This document shows positions 1 through 12,700 of a stretch of DNA of 64,000 nucleotides, in pieces (within the stretch, counting starts at the first letter, position 1; each line of letters starts with the position of its first letter). Location: the NCBI GenBank assembly GCA_964016885.1, contig OZ024744.1:20088001-20152000 (forward strand). Reading direction: 5' to 3'. Origin of the DNA: Eledone cirrhosa (Eukaryota). Under the pieces are notes generated by a model. That model saw only the letters and a program-made list of their open reading frames with translations. It was not told the origin of the DNA and did no database searches. The translations under genes and the position numbers were made by a program.

Positions 1-56
1 ACGCATAGCTAGTTTGGGTAATAATTAAATTTATACCTCTCTTCATTCACTCTTTG

Positions 57-1680
57 TTTGGTAGGATATGGGGTAGTCAATCCGTACCTGAGGACTGGAG
101 AGATGGAGTAATGGTGGTCTTGTACAAGGGAAAGGGTAACAAGAATGATTGTGGAAACTACAGAAGTATATCATTGCTTTCTGTCGTAGGGAAAGTTTTA
201 TGTAGGGTGCTTCTGGATCGTCTGTTGACACACATTGCAGATTGTGTTCTACCTGAAAGTCAATCTGGTTTTCGTGCTGGACGCGGCACTACTGTTATGA
301 TCTTCTCAGTTAGACAGCTCCAGGAGAAATGCATGGAACAAGGTTTGGATCTGTATCAGGTTTTTGTCGATCTGACAAAAGCTTTTGATACTGTTAACAG
401 AAATGCATTGAGGAATGTTCTCCAGAAACTGCCCTGATAAGTTCCTTACTTTGGTTAGGTCTTTCCATAACGACATGAAGGCTTGGGTTAATGTCAAAGG
501 TAACATGTTAGAGTCTATCTCTAAAACATAGAGTGAAACAGGGGGATATTCCAGCACCGACCCTGTTTGCCATATACTTTACAATGGTATATTGCATTCA
601 GGAATTGCGAGCATGGTGCTTACATCCAATATCGAATCTCTGGCAGCATATTTAACATTAGGCACTTTGCTGCAAAAACAAAAGTATTTACATCAATCAT
701 AAGAGACCTCTTGTATGCAGATGATTGGGATCTTGTAGCGCACACAGATAGTGATATGCAGCACATTTTGAATGCATTTCCTGACGCTTGCACTGCCCTA
801 GGATTGACTGTCAGTCTCAAGAAAACCGTCGTCATGTACCACCCTGCCTTTTGTAAGCAGTACAGTGAACCAAGTATCTATGTGTATGGTAAACAACTTG
901 GAGTGGTTGATCAGTTTGTCTACCTGGGAAGTACTGTTAATTGATACAGCAATCTTGATAATGAAATCCGACTCAGGATTAGGAAAGCAAGGGATGCTTT
1001 CGGAAAGCTAGAGAGGTGACTCTAGGGTCGGAGAAACATATGCAAGAAGACAAAGGTAAAGTTGTACAAGGCACGTGTGCTCTCTTCTTTATGCCTGTGA
1101 GACCTGTGTCACATATCGACACCACTTTAACAATTGGAGCGTTTCCATCAGATGTGTCTCAACGGACGACCTCCACATAAACCAAAAAGAAGTACAAGGA
1201 TTCGTTGAAAGCCTCTTTGAAACAGGCTAACATCCCTGCTGATACATGGAATAATGTTGCTGCCGATCGTAGTAAATTGGGAAGACTGTGTATGAGGGGA
1301 ACGTTGCCTTTGAGGCATCTCGAATCGCATACGAGAAAGTAAAGCGGGATGTAAGGAAGGTCATTACTGTTACATTTCCAGACAACCAATGGCGCTGACA
1401 TGCAGAGTCTGTGTGAGACTCTGCCTCAGCAAAGCTGAACTCGAAAGTCATAAAGTGAGACCAGTGGTTGACTACCGGGCTGCTGTCAGAGATGCTACTC
1501 ATCATGCCTGCCAAGCATGTGGAAAAGAGAGTGTAGATTAGCAGAAGGGCTCAAACGACATGCAAAAGTACATGAACTCCAACCACATCAGGATATTCCC
1601 AGTGAATCTTTTGGTTGCCAACTCTGGCATGTTAGATCATTGGCTGGGCTAATAAGCCACATTCGATCGCAGCACTGTTA
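57..1680 (+). mobile_element. RTE-clade LINE copy 1, 5'-truncated and degenerate (RT, thumb, C-terminal zinc-finger region); 3' UTR continues into microsatellites
   Basis: ORFs 54-437 and 567-944 carry YKGKGNKNDCGNYRSISLLS, LPESQSGFRAGRGT, FVDLTKAFDTV, LLYADD and FVYLGS. Collinear with 34295-36055 apart from an internal deletion near 1165. Confidence 0.93.
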
Positions 1681-1686
1681 ATTGTT

Positions 1687-1883
<197 letters not shown>

Positions 1884-1923
1884 GTTTTTCTTGATGTCAG
1901 CCCTTGTGGCCAATATAGAAATC
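1884..1923 (+). mobile_element. Ultra-short 3' terminus of a Tx1-like element (same family as 28405-32450)
   Basis: gtttttcttgatgtcagcccttgtggccaatatagaaatc matches 32411-32450 with 1 mismatch. Confidence 0.85.
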
Positions 1924-1932
1924 ATGATTATC

Positions 1933-2072
1933 ATTAGTCTTGCTTATTATTAGTCTTGCTTAATATTAGTCTTGCTATTGTGCACTTCTACGCGACCTTA
2001 TTGTAAAACCCCACTGTCCCTGTCTTTGTATTGTCCCCTACATGTCGGCCCTTGTGGCTAATGGATGAAATC
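1933..2072 (+). mobile_element. Short 3' terminus of a Tx1-like element (family of 22539-26898) with a triplicated 5' junction
   Basis: Aligns to 26791-26898 (attagtcttgc...cccttgtggctaat..atgaaatc) and is followed by (ATT)n at 2073-2093. Confidence 0.85.
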
Positions 2073-2311
2073 ATTATTATTATTATTATTATTGAATGCT
2101 ATGGTTGACGGAGGCTCGGCTCTGTAAGGTATTGTAAATGTTGACCGCTATAACAATTGTAAATTGTTTAAAACTTTAACCAGCTTGTAGACAAAAACAC
2201 CCTCCTCCTCGTGAGAGGGGTATTTATGCCCGTTATTTGGCCCTCCGGGATTAAATAACCGCTTATTGGGGTTTTGTGCCCAATATTTATTTTAAACAAA
2301 AAAAAAACAAC

Positions 2312-4473
2312 ATGGCTACGAAAAAGAATTTTCATAGGTCACTCCCACTCATTCCGTCTTCTTCTTCCTCAAACATCACTACAGCAGAGAGAAGATTGTC
2401 TCTCTCTCTCCCTTCTCTAAATGTGTCTCTCTCCCTCCCTTCTCTTTCGCAAGCGACGCCAGAAAAGAAAAATCACGTGCAAAGCGTGCAATATTTCTCC
2501 ACGACGACGACGACAACGATGAAAAAGGTGTGCGGGAAATACGAAAACCCATTTCATTCGTCTGACGTCAGGAATAATAGCAGTAGCAGCCGTAATAACA
2601 GCAACAGCAGCAACAGTGACAAGGAAAACAACAGTAGCAGCCGCAACAGCATCAGCAGCAGCATAAACAACAACAGCATTAGCAGCAACAGCAACAACAA
2701 CAGCAGCAGCAGCAACAACAACAACAACCACAGCAACAGCGGCGGCGGCAGTAGTCGTAGTACCTGCAGCAACAACAAAAGTAACAGCAGCTCTGACGAC
2801 AACAACAACAACAACAACAACAACAGCAGCAAAGAAAAGCCAATCTCGTTTGCAGGTATCGCAAAGAACCTGGAAACAATCCTCATAACAAATGAGGAAT
2901 TAAAGGAAGCGAAGAAGATGGTGACAAAAACTGGACACCGAGCAATCTGCAAGGCAGCCGAAACATTTTTCGAAACCCAACAGCACTGTATGGTCACGTA
3001 CCGTACAGTAAGCACAAAATCCCGTAGGGTTGAAAGAGCCACAGAGGCTCAAATACAAAAAACCTTAGGGTCTGTGTCGCAGCGGAAAACACATATCACC
3101 CGAGGCAAGAAATATGCCACCGTAGACGTCCTTTTTGCCACACCCCAGGACGCAAAGGCTCAATCCTTAGTGACCCTAAGGAGCGAGGAAATGGTGTTGG
3201 TGCCCTCCTACTGCGGGCAAAAAATTGTGAGGGTCAAACTGACCCACGCCCCGCCCCCCGCCCCCCTCCCGTGTGGCCCTTTCTTGGCTGGCCCCGTCTG
3301 TCCTCGTCGGAATCGAGGACAAAACAACTGTACTACAAGTACAGAAAAGAGTAAGAGAAGATTGGGTCGGCACCTCCATTGAGATGTTAATCCAAACCAA
3401 CCAGGAGTGCATCGAAGCTATCCCGGATGTGATAGACTTCGATAACGGCACTCAACTGCCCATAAGTGTTGAGGGCCAACGCCCGAAATACTTTCGCTGT
3501 GGATCGAAGACTCACTTCAGGGCCTTCTGCAACGAGAAGGCCCTGAGAATGGAGAAAACCCCCCTCCTTCCGAAACCGGCTCCACGGCTATCAGCAACAG
3601 GACAAGCGGCAACCAGGAATGATAGGTCCGTGGCACCCATATCCACGCCACGGAAATCAAAAACAGCAGCAGCAGTGGAAGTATTAACAACAACAACAGT
3701 AATACCAAATGCAGCTGCAACAGAGACTCCAGTGCTAACATCAGCAACAACAACAAGTGAAAGAGTGGAGCTGGTATCCCTCCCCGACCTCACAGAATCA
3801 GACATGGAGTGTGAGGTGGGAGAGGGATGGCAAAAGTTCGTAAGAAGGCACAAACGCAGAAGCAGCGCATCGTCGCCTTCGAAAAGGGAGGAAAGAAATG
3901 AAAAAGGGTAAAGGCTACTGCAAAGAGACTCACAGCAGCAACACCACAAACACCACCACCACCCACACTAGCACCACCATCACCACCGGCGACAACCCCA
4001 ACGCCAACAACAACAACACCTTGAACACCATCACCACAAGCACCAACATCGCAAACACAACAACAAAACACACACACCCAGCAACAACGACAAGAAAATA
4101 GCAGAACCACCCCCACCCCCAGAAAAACAAATGCACGGCAATAAATAAACACAACAAGAAACTAATGACTTACATAATTGAACACACAGACATTTCACAG
4201 CACGACTGCATAATACCAGCACCAATCAAATCGCCAACTAACATAAGACTGCTAAAAATAGAACAGAAACAATACACAAACATTAAAACGAAATTCCCCA
4301 CCGCAGTTGGTGATTTCAAAGACCTAGGAGGGACTCTCAACCGAAGAGTATATTCGGACATACTCATAGAAGAGCCCACGACCAGCCGAAGGGACGATTC
4401 AACGGTCCCTTCACCAGACGATCAAGTGAAAAGGGATGGAAAAACCATACTTCCTCTTCGAAAAGTACGGTAA
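2312..4473 (+). pseudogene. Tx1 ORF1 (N/S-rich N-terminus, zinc-knuckle-like motif, T-rich linker, conserved C-terminal segment), frameshifted
   Basis: ORFs 2276-3382, 3273-3911 and 4165-4473. YFRCGSKTHFRAFC is a degenerate CCHC. Homologous to 28619-30529 (LVPSYCGQ, VEG(Q/R)RP). Confidence 0.75.
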
Positions 4474-4508
4474 GTGGTCTTTCCCATCTTTTCCACTCTA
4501 TTTTAAAC

Positions 4509-7500
4509 ATGACCTCACTCAGAATAGGCAGCATAAATGCGCGTGGCTTGGGATCGTCATGGAAGCAGGGTCACCTGCTCAACGACCTCAGGTCACTAAA
4601 CATAGATGTAGTGGCCATCAGCGAGACCAGAATCTCCGAAGCACGGGCCTTCCTTCGCACCGATCTTCGGCGGCTAAGATGTGTACCCATCTCCTAGCCG
4701 TCCTGGATCGGGGGGATGAGTTGCTGTGCTTTTTCGGAGAGGTTTGGATCTCGCCATACAGGCCATCTTCCTGGACCCAGAAGGTAAGTTGGTGGTGCTG
4801 GACGTGACCAGCGGAGACGGGCAAGCTTTCAGGCTAGCGGCCGTCTATGCCCCGACAGGAGCAGGGCGGCCTGATTTCTTCCGGCGTCTGGATACCTTTC
4901 TTGGAACGTCCCGCTCTTTAGTGTTAGTGGGTGACTGGAACGGGATCTTAGATGCACGCTGGGACTGTGTGGGATTAGCGGATAGGGTTGGAGGGTTCAA
5001 GAGCCTCACCAACCTGCTCAGGCGTTTTGAACTGTCTGACAGGTACTGATTGGATTTCCCGAATGTGCCAATGTGGACTTGGACAAATCGTATTGGGTCA
5101 TCCAGATCATATCTAGATAGAGTATTTTGTAGGGAAATAGATAGGTCTAGCATAGGCTGTACACAATTCAAGATAGTCAGCTACACTGACCACAAATTCG
5201 TGATCTGTGTGCTTGACTTAGATAGGCTTCATAGACGAGGACTCGGCTACTGGAAGCTAAGCGCGTCCGTACCAGCGCGCAAGGCCTACAGAGACCGGAT
5301 TAGCGAACTAGTTAATCGGGCGTTGGCGGGGCCATCGTCAAGAACAAGGGGTGATTTGCTCTGAAAAGAGCAATTAGAATAGAATCCATTAGGTTTAGTA
5401 AGGCTTTAGAAATAGAGAAAAATAGAGCAGAGGGAGAACTAGTTAGAAAATTATACGAGGCGCTTAGCAAAGGCATTGCGACCGACGTGCTTGCGGCGAA
5501 ATTGGCCCTTGACCAATTCTTCAATGCAAAGCACGAAGGCTGCGTTGCGAGAGCTAGGGTGCATGCTCTCAGACACGAGGGGACGAAAGCCGTTCAATGG
5601 GCCCGAGTGGCGGAGGCGTGTCGTGGCAATAAAGCCACGATCCGGTCTTTGGTGGACCACGACGCGCGCATGCTACTCGATCCCAGGCTAATGTGTGAAG
5701 CTTTTCAGCGACACTTCGCTCAGCTGTTCGGGGGCAGCGGTGGGTCGGGTCGAGGGATGGACTTTAGTGTCTACCTCGACGGACTGCCGCGGCTCTCGGC
5801 CACTGAGGCGGAGTGTTGCGAAAAGCCGATAACAGCCGCTGAAGTAAGGGAGGAAATGACTGGCTGCACAAGGGGTAAATCGCCTGGTTTGGATGGTCTG
5901 CCCAATGAACTTTACGTACAAAAGCCAGACTTGTTCGGAGGCCTCTTGGCGGACGTCTACTGCAACTGGCAACAGAACGGGAGAATTCCCAGTTCTGTGA
6001 GCCGAGGAGCGGTGGCACTGCTGAGAAAGGAATCGAACAAGTGGGATAACATAGATAATTTCTGGCCCATAACTCTGCTAAACACAGAGTTCAAGATTTT
6101 GACCAAGGTGCTAGCAAAGAGGTTGGAGCTTGTCGTTGGTGGTCTGGTGGTAGAGGCGCAGACATGCGCCATTCCCGACAGATCCATCCACGACAACCTC
6201 CACCTCATGCGATACATCGTAGAGAGGGTAGCTAGGGAACCTGGCACGGGTGGGTCTTTGATCAATTTAGATCAGTCGAAAGCTTTCGATAGGGTCGACC
6301 ATCGTTACCTAGCGGCAGTCCTGAGGGCGGCTGGCTTTGGGCCCGTCTTCAGAGGCTGGATCGCTGCCATGCACAGCGACATCTGCTCTGTGGTGAGAGT
6401 GAACGGTCACCTTTCGGAACCGTTCAACATCATGCGCTCGGTCCGCCAAGGATGTCTCCTCTCGTCCCTCTTGTACGTATTGACTCTCGAGCCATTACTG
6501 CACAAACTGGAGACGTTGAGGGGCGTCCCGCGCGAACTAAGATGCGGAAGATCCCTGTCAGCATATGCGGACGATGTCACCGTAATGGTGCCGAACGCCA
6601 AACTAATCGAGGCGATCGGCACTACACTAAGAGAATACGAAGCGGTGACAGGAGCAATGATCAACCGGGAAATGTCAGTGGACCTGCATCTCGGCACCTG
6701 GAGAGGCAGGTCCATGCCGTCTAACAGCGTCATCGGACGCTGGACGGACGGACCGGTTAAATTGCTAGGGGTCTGGTTCGGTCCGGATCTCCAGACGGAC
6801 AAAAACTGGGACGATGTGACGGGCAGGGTAGCTTCTATCACCCAGAAATGGGCGGAGAGGGAGCTATCCCTGAAAGGTCAAGCGGAGTTGGCTAACGCGT
6901 ACATCGCGTCTGTCATCTGCTACCGCCTGACCGTCGTACCTTGTCCTAAGCCCCGCCTGACTGCGCTGGAGCGTTTGCTCTTTCGCTTTTTGTGGAAGGG
7001 ACGCGCTCCGATGGTCAGGCGGTCCATCTGCTGTCAACACCCGCTACGTGGAGGGCTGGGAATGCTCAGACACGCGCTCAGGCTACGACATCTCCACCTC
7101 TTCCTCGACGGTGATCAGGTGTGGTCGCCATTTGCTAGACACGCATTTCCCCAGCTCGTTTCCTTGACGGAGCTGCAGTCCAGGGTCAAGCGAAGACCGA
7201 GAGGGAGCGCTTAGAAACTGGAATGTCTTCAGGCGCTCACAGCTCTCGACCAATCGGACAATGTGATCGGTGGAAAGTCCACCTCGGCGTTCTATAGAGG
7301 ACTAGTGGAGGGGAAGAGCAACGACGTACTCGGGGAAACTCTAGGCGTCGACGAAAATCAACTAGCCAATCTCTTCGGAAGAACTTTCGGGCCGGGACCT
7401 ATGGACAATTTCCAGAAATCTCTGGCCTGGCAGTGCTAACGAGGTGCCTTGCCAGTTCGGGATAAACTCTACAGGCATGGAGGTGCTGTCACCCGGGCAT

Positions 7501-7916
7501 GTCCGAGATGCGCGCAGGGCGACGAAACCGTCCTGCACGCACTCGTCCAGTGTCCAAGCATTGCTGACTTGTGGGTTTATGTCGAACACTTGCTGTCGCG
7601 TGTAGGACGGATCCGGCTATCATCTGAGTCCATCGTGAGGATTGCTCCGCCCTCTTCCTTTAGCCGGGAAGGGCAGGCAGTTTTTATCTGTCTTGTGGCC
7701 ATGGCGAAAGAGATAGTATGGTGGACACGTTTGAAAGGGCTGAAGACGAGCACTTACCTCTTCGGTGATGCTCTGATTGACTTTTTCAAATTTCATTTGA
7801 AAAGGAAAATCAGAGTAGAGAGGGAAGTGCTCTCTTCCCAGCATTTTGTTGAAAGATGGGTGAGAGAAGCAAGAATGGCCCGAGTGAATGGGGCTACTCT
7901 GAGTGCGTATCTGTAA
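4509..7916 (+). pseudogene. Tx1 ORF2: APE endonuclease + RT + C-terminal CCHC, with stops and frameshifts
   Basis: MTSLRIGSINARGL, VVAISET, GDWN, SYLDR, YTDH (APE); KSPGLDGLP, LDQSKAFDRV, RQGC, YADD (RT); CPRCAQGDETVLHALVQC. Confidence 0.95.
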
Positions 7917-8189
7917 TTTAAAGGTGGAAAACTGGGAGAGGGTACTTGCCTTGGTGGTCAGGGTCACTGTGGCCTTTTACTGGGCTTTCTCCACAAATGT
8001 CCCTCCGAAGTCGCCCCCCTATTGGGGAATTTTTCATTGTTATTTTTTGTTACATCCTCTGTTTTTGTTTTTTACATGCAGAAATGCCCATTTGTACCGT
8101 CCTGTATTGTCCTGTACTGTCCTTAATGTCTACTTTATGTAAACCCTTGTGGTTAATAAAGAAATCATTATTATTATTATTGTTATTAC

Positions 8190-9744
8190 TCTTTGAGTCG
8201 CAATCATTGATGTTAGTTAACTGGAAAGTTTGTTGAGATGAATATCAAGCCACTGCCTGCAGCCCCAGATATTCAGGACGTATCCGAGGGTTCTTGCTGT
8301 TCCCAGCAATCATGCCTTTTGAAGCGTTCCAAAAAGCGTGAAGGGGCCAATTTTCTTTAACCATCCCTGGAAACCTGTTCAGATAGTACCTAGTGTGCCT
8401 ATGACAATCGGGACCACTTTGACTTCATGGCAGTTCCAAATCCTTTTTACCTCCCACTTTAAGTCCTGGTATCGGTTAATTTTCTCCCTCTCCTTCTCTT
8501 GCACTCTCGTGTCAAATGGGCAGGCCACATCCATAATCAGGCACGATCGTTTTTCTTTGTCCAAAACCACCAGGTCAGGTCTATTGTGTTCCAGTTTCTT
8601 GTCCGCCTCTATCCTAAAATCCCACAGCACATTCACCTGATCGTTTTCTATCACCGCCTCTGGCTTATGCCCATACCACTTCTTAGAATGTGGTAAATTG
8701 TGTACTTTGCATAGGTGCCAGTGGATCACCCTGCCCATCACATCATGTCTCCAGCCCTTATAGTGAGTCTGGGCTAGGTGCTTACACCCGGATACAATGT
8801 GAGCCACAGTCTCCTCTCTCTCTCCACAGATCCTGCACAGTGGACTAGCCTCCTCCTTGTAAATGTGATGTTTCAACCACTTCGTTTTGAAGGCCTGCTC
8901 CTGGGCAGCCATTAACATTCCTTCTGTAGCCTTTTTAAGGTCTCCTCTTTTCAACCAGTTCCATGTCTGTGGATCTCTAAATTCAGTTTTCGCAAAGAAG
9001 GTACTATGAAGGGATTTTTCCTGAAGGCTGCTCTTTCTCCTTGATGTTATTTCCTCCTTGGACATCCCCTGGCCTATTGTCCCCTCCATCAGTACAGCTC
9101 AGCATTGGCTCCTTACTATCAGTCACGTATTTGTGTAGGTTGTTTTTCTCCATCTGAACAGAGTCCTCTATGCTGATAATACCTCTTCCACCCTCAGATC
9201 TCCTTAGGTAGAGTGTATCGATATCACTCCTCTTGTGGAACATATTGTAGATAGTCAATAGCTTCCTAGTCTTCCTATCCATTTCTTTTTGTTCAGCAAC
9301 ATTCCATCTCAGAATTCCCGCACTGTACCTTATAATAGACACAGCTCGGGAATTTACTGCACTTATGGCATTCCTACTATTTAGATGTGATTTTAATACG
9401 TTCCTTACTCTCCGAAGGTATTCAGTTCTTAACAATTCCTTCATTTTTTTATTCTTGATGTCATCAGCCTCCAGAACGCCCACATACTTGTATCCTTCCT
9501 CAGAGTCAATTTCCTTTATCCTCTCACCTGTTGGTATCTGGATTCCGTTACTTCTGCTCAGCTTACCCTTCCTCATCACAATGACCCCACACTTACTAAT
9601 ACCAAATTGTATATATATATCATTTCTGAAAATACATACAGTGTCAACAAGCACATCCAACTCCTTCTCACTCTTCCCGAAGAGCTTAAGATCGTCCATG
9701 AAGAGGAGGTGACTGATGGTAAGCCCTCCCTTTCCCAACCTGTA
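8190..9744 (-). mobile_element. R4/Dong-like RLE retrotransposon, family D2 copy a, 5'-truncated
   Basis: HLLFMDDLKL, CRICGEREETVAHIVSGC, HNRPDLVV..D..CP..KYQDL (PD-(D/E)xK RLE). (ATT)n at both ends. Confidence 0.92.
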
Positions 9745-9759
9745 TATTATTATTATTAT

Positions 9760-12700
9760 TTGCATTTATCTTGCTTTATGTTCATACGAGTTATCACCAA
9801 GTCACAACCAGTGACCTCAAGAGACAACAAGGTCCGCCATGTTCAAGAAAGAACATACATACTCACACATGCATCTTTACTGTTTAGACTTGTGATGTAA
9901 TTATATTGACAGGATCTTCCTTAGTATATGGGCAGTTCCCATTAGTACTATCTTTTGTATTTCTCCTATACGCGGGTTTCCTGGGATTTGCGATAAGTAA
10001 TCATTAGCCCCCTTAGGTATCATTCCCAGAGCGCCTACAACCACTGGTATTGTTTTAGTTCTCAATTTCCACATTTTTCCAATTTCTATCTCCAGGTCCT
10101 TATACTTGCTCAATTTTTCAAATGTTTTTATAGATACATTCTTGTCTATTGGAACAGACATATCAATTAGCAGGCATACCCTCTTTTGAAAGTCCTTCAA
10201 TATTATATCAGGTCTATTTGCATCTATTTTTCGGTCAGTTTGGATGCTAAAGTTCCACAAGATTGAGATGTGATCTTTTTCAAGTATGGGAGGTGGTTGA
10301 TGCTCCCACCAATTCTGTTGATGGGGCAGGTCAAAATGCTTACACATTATCCAATATATGTATTGTGCAGCATGTCATGCCTGTTTAGGTATTCGGTTGG
10401 AGCTATAGGACTGCACATTGAAATTATATGGTTAATGGTCTCTGGTTGTTTTTTGCATACACGGCATAATGGGCTGCACCCATTTTTTATTATGTTGGCT
10501 TGGTAATTTTTTGTTGGCAGACACTGATCTTGTGCCGATATAATCAGTCCTTCAGTCTCCGATTTCAGTCCAGAGGATGCCAACCACTGATGGGTTAAAG
10601 TTTTGTCAACATCAGGAATGTTAGCTCGCTCTGGGTATTTTCCATACAGAGGCTTTTCTTGCCATTTCTTAGCCAGTTTCTGTAGCAGTTCTTTCTTTGC
10701 AGTTACTTTTACCTGCTTTGCTTTTTCTGTGTTTTCCATTTCAGCAGTAAATGGGACTTCTGAAATTTGTAGTCCATTACTGTATCTTTGTGCATCTTTT
10801 GTAATGGAATATGATCTTTTGATGCTTTCGTGTTTCAAAACGAGTTTCATCATCCAATCATGTGATTCCCTTAGATATGTAGATAATCCAATTGTTGCAG
10901 TTTTCAACGCAATGTCTAACTGGATTAACCCACGTCCTCCTTCTTTCCTAGGGAGATATATTCTATCTATATGTGCCTTAGGGTGATGCATTCAGTGCAT
11001 GGTTAAGAATTTTCGTATTTTTGTATCGAGCCTACGGATCTCTGTGCTTGACCAGTTGATGACATTGTAACTGTAGGTTACTACTGGTATGGCAAGCGTG
11101 TTTATGGCATCGATCCTATTCCTTGCATTCAATTCCGTTCTTAAGATTGCTCTTACTCTGCGGTAACATTCCTTCCTTATCCTTTCCCTCATTGTCGAGT
11201 GCTTGATTCCGTCTCCTTCACAAACACATAGATATTTGTAAGTTTTTTCTTGATCAAGTTCTCTTATCACGTTCCCCCGATCAAGATTAATGTCTGAACT
11301 CTTCAGCAGATTTCCTCTGGTGAACGTTGTTTTGGCGCATTTATCTAGTCCAAACTCCATTTTAATGTCATCACTAAACTGCTTCACAGTGGATAATAGC
11401 CCTTGCAATTGTTCATCATTTTTTGCAAATAGTTTCAGGTCATCCATGTAGAACAGGTGATTAATGGTTTTGTCATAGACTTTATATCCATGTTTTGTTT
11501 CATTGAGCATTTTACTTAATGGTATAAGTGCGATGCAGAATAAAAGCGTTGATAAAGAGTCACCCTGAAAAATTCCACAATTAATGTTAACTTCTCCAGC
11601 TTCCAGTGATTTTGTTTCACTATTCAAAAGGAGTGTCGTTTTCCATGTCTTCATACTGAATGACAAAAACCTCCTGACAACGGGGCATATTTTGAAAATC
11701 TCTAAACATTTTTCAATCCAACTGTGTGGCAAACTATCGAATGCTTTTTTATAATCTATCCAAGCAATCGATAGATTTTTGTGTCTATTATGACAATCTT
11801 CCAGTATCATTTTGTTAACCAGAAGCTGATCCTTACAGCCATATGAGCCTCGTTTACACCCTTTCTGCTCAATGGGAAATAGGTCATTTGTTATCAGGTG
11901 GTCACATGTGTATTCAGTTAGGACTGATGTTAAAATTTTATACATTGTGGTCAAGCAAGTTATCGGTCTGTAATTTTTGGGATTGTTTGTCTCATCATTC
12001 TTCGGAAGCAGGAATGTAATGCCGTTAATTAGCCATGAAGGTATCTTTTCTGGCTCCTTAACTATTTCATTGTAAAGTTAGGCTAACAGCTCATGAGACT
12101 CTGTGAAGGCATTTATCCAAAAGTTTTGTATTTTGTCTTTTCCTGGGGATTTCCATTTGCTGGTTTTTCTTAGAGCCAAGCGCAACTGTTCAACTGTTAT
12201 ATTTTCCCATGTTTGTTCCTCAAGGTGAGCTGTATCTTTCATTTGTCTGTCTATCCATGGGGCATGTATGTTATGAACTTTTTCTTCGGCCCAGATCTTT
12301 TCCCAGAATTCTTGCACTTCCTCCTTGGGTGGTATTGATTTAGCAGTTATTGTTGACTTACCAATTTTTCTGTAGAAGTTTCTTTGGTTGTTTTTGAACA
12401 TATTATTGTCCTTATAGAATCTAGATCATTTTTCAAAGCGCCTTATGCGAGCACTTTGGCCGACACTTTTTGTTTGATTATTTCTATCAGCATGTCTATG
12501 TCACATGTTGATTTTATACTGTACTATTTTTTCAATTTTCTAAGTTTAGGTTGTTTAACATGTTCACCTACTTTATAGTTTGTTAAAATTTCTATGTCAG
12601 ATCGGAGAAGGTTTATATGGCGATTGATGTTCTCTTGCCAAGTAGATTTCTTGTGGGAATTCCTTTGTTTTTTCATCTTCACTCCACATAAGTGAGTGGT

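Larger units (their letters stand above)
2094..8166 (+). mobile_element. Tx1-like (L1 group) non-LTR retrotransposon copy 1, near full length, degenerate
   Basis: Two-ORF layout; ends cccttgtggttaataaagaaatc followed by (ATT)n; (ATT)n on both flanks. Confidence 0.92.
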
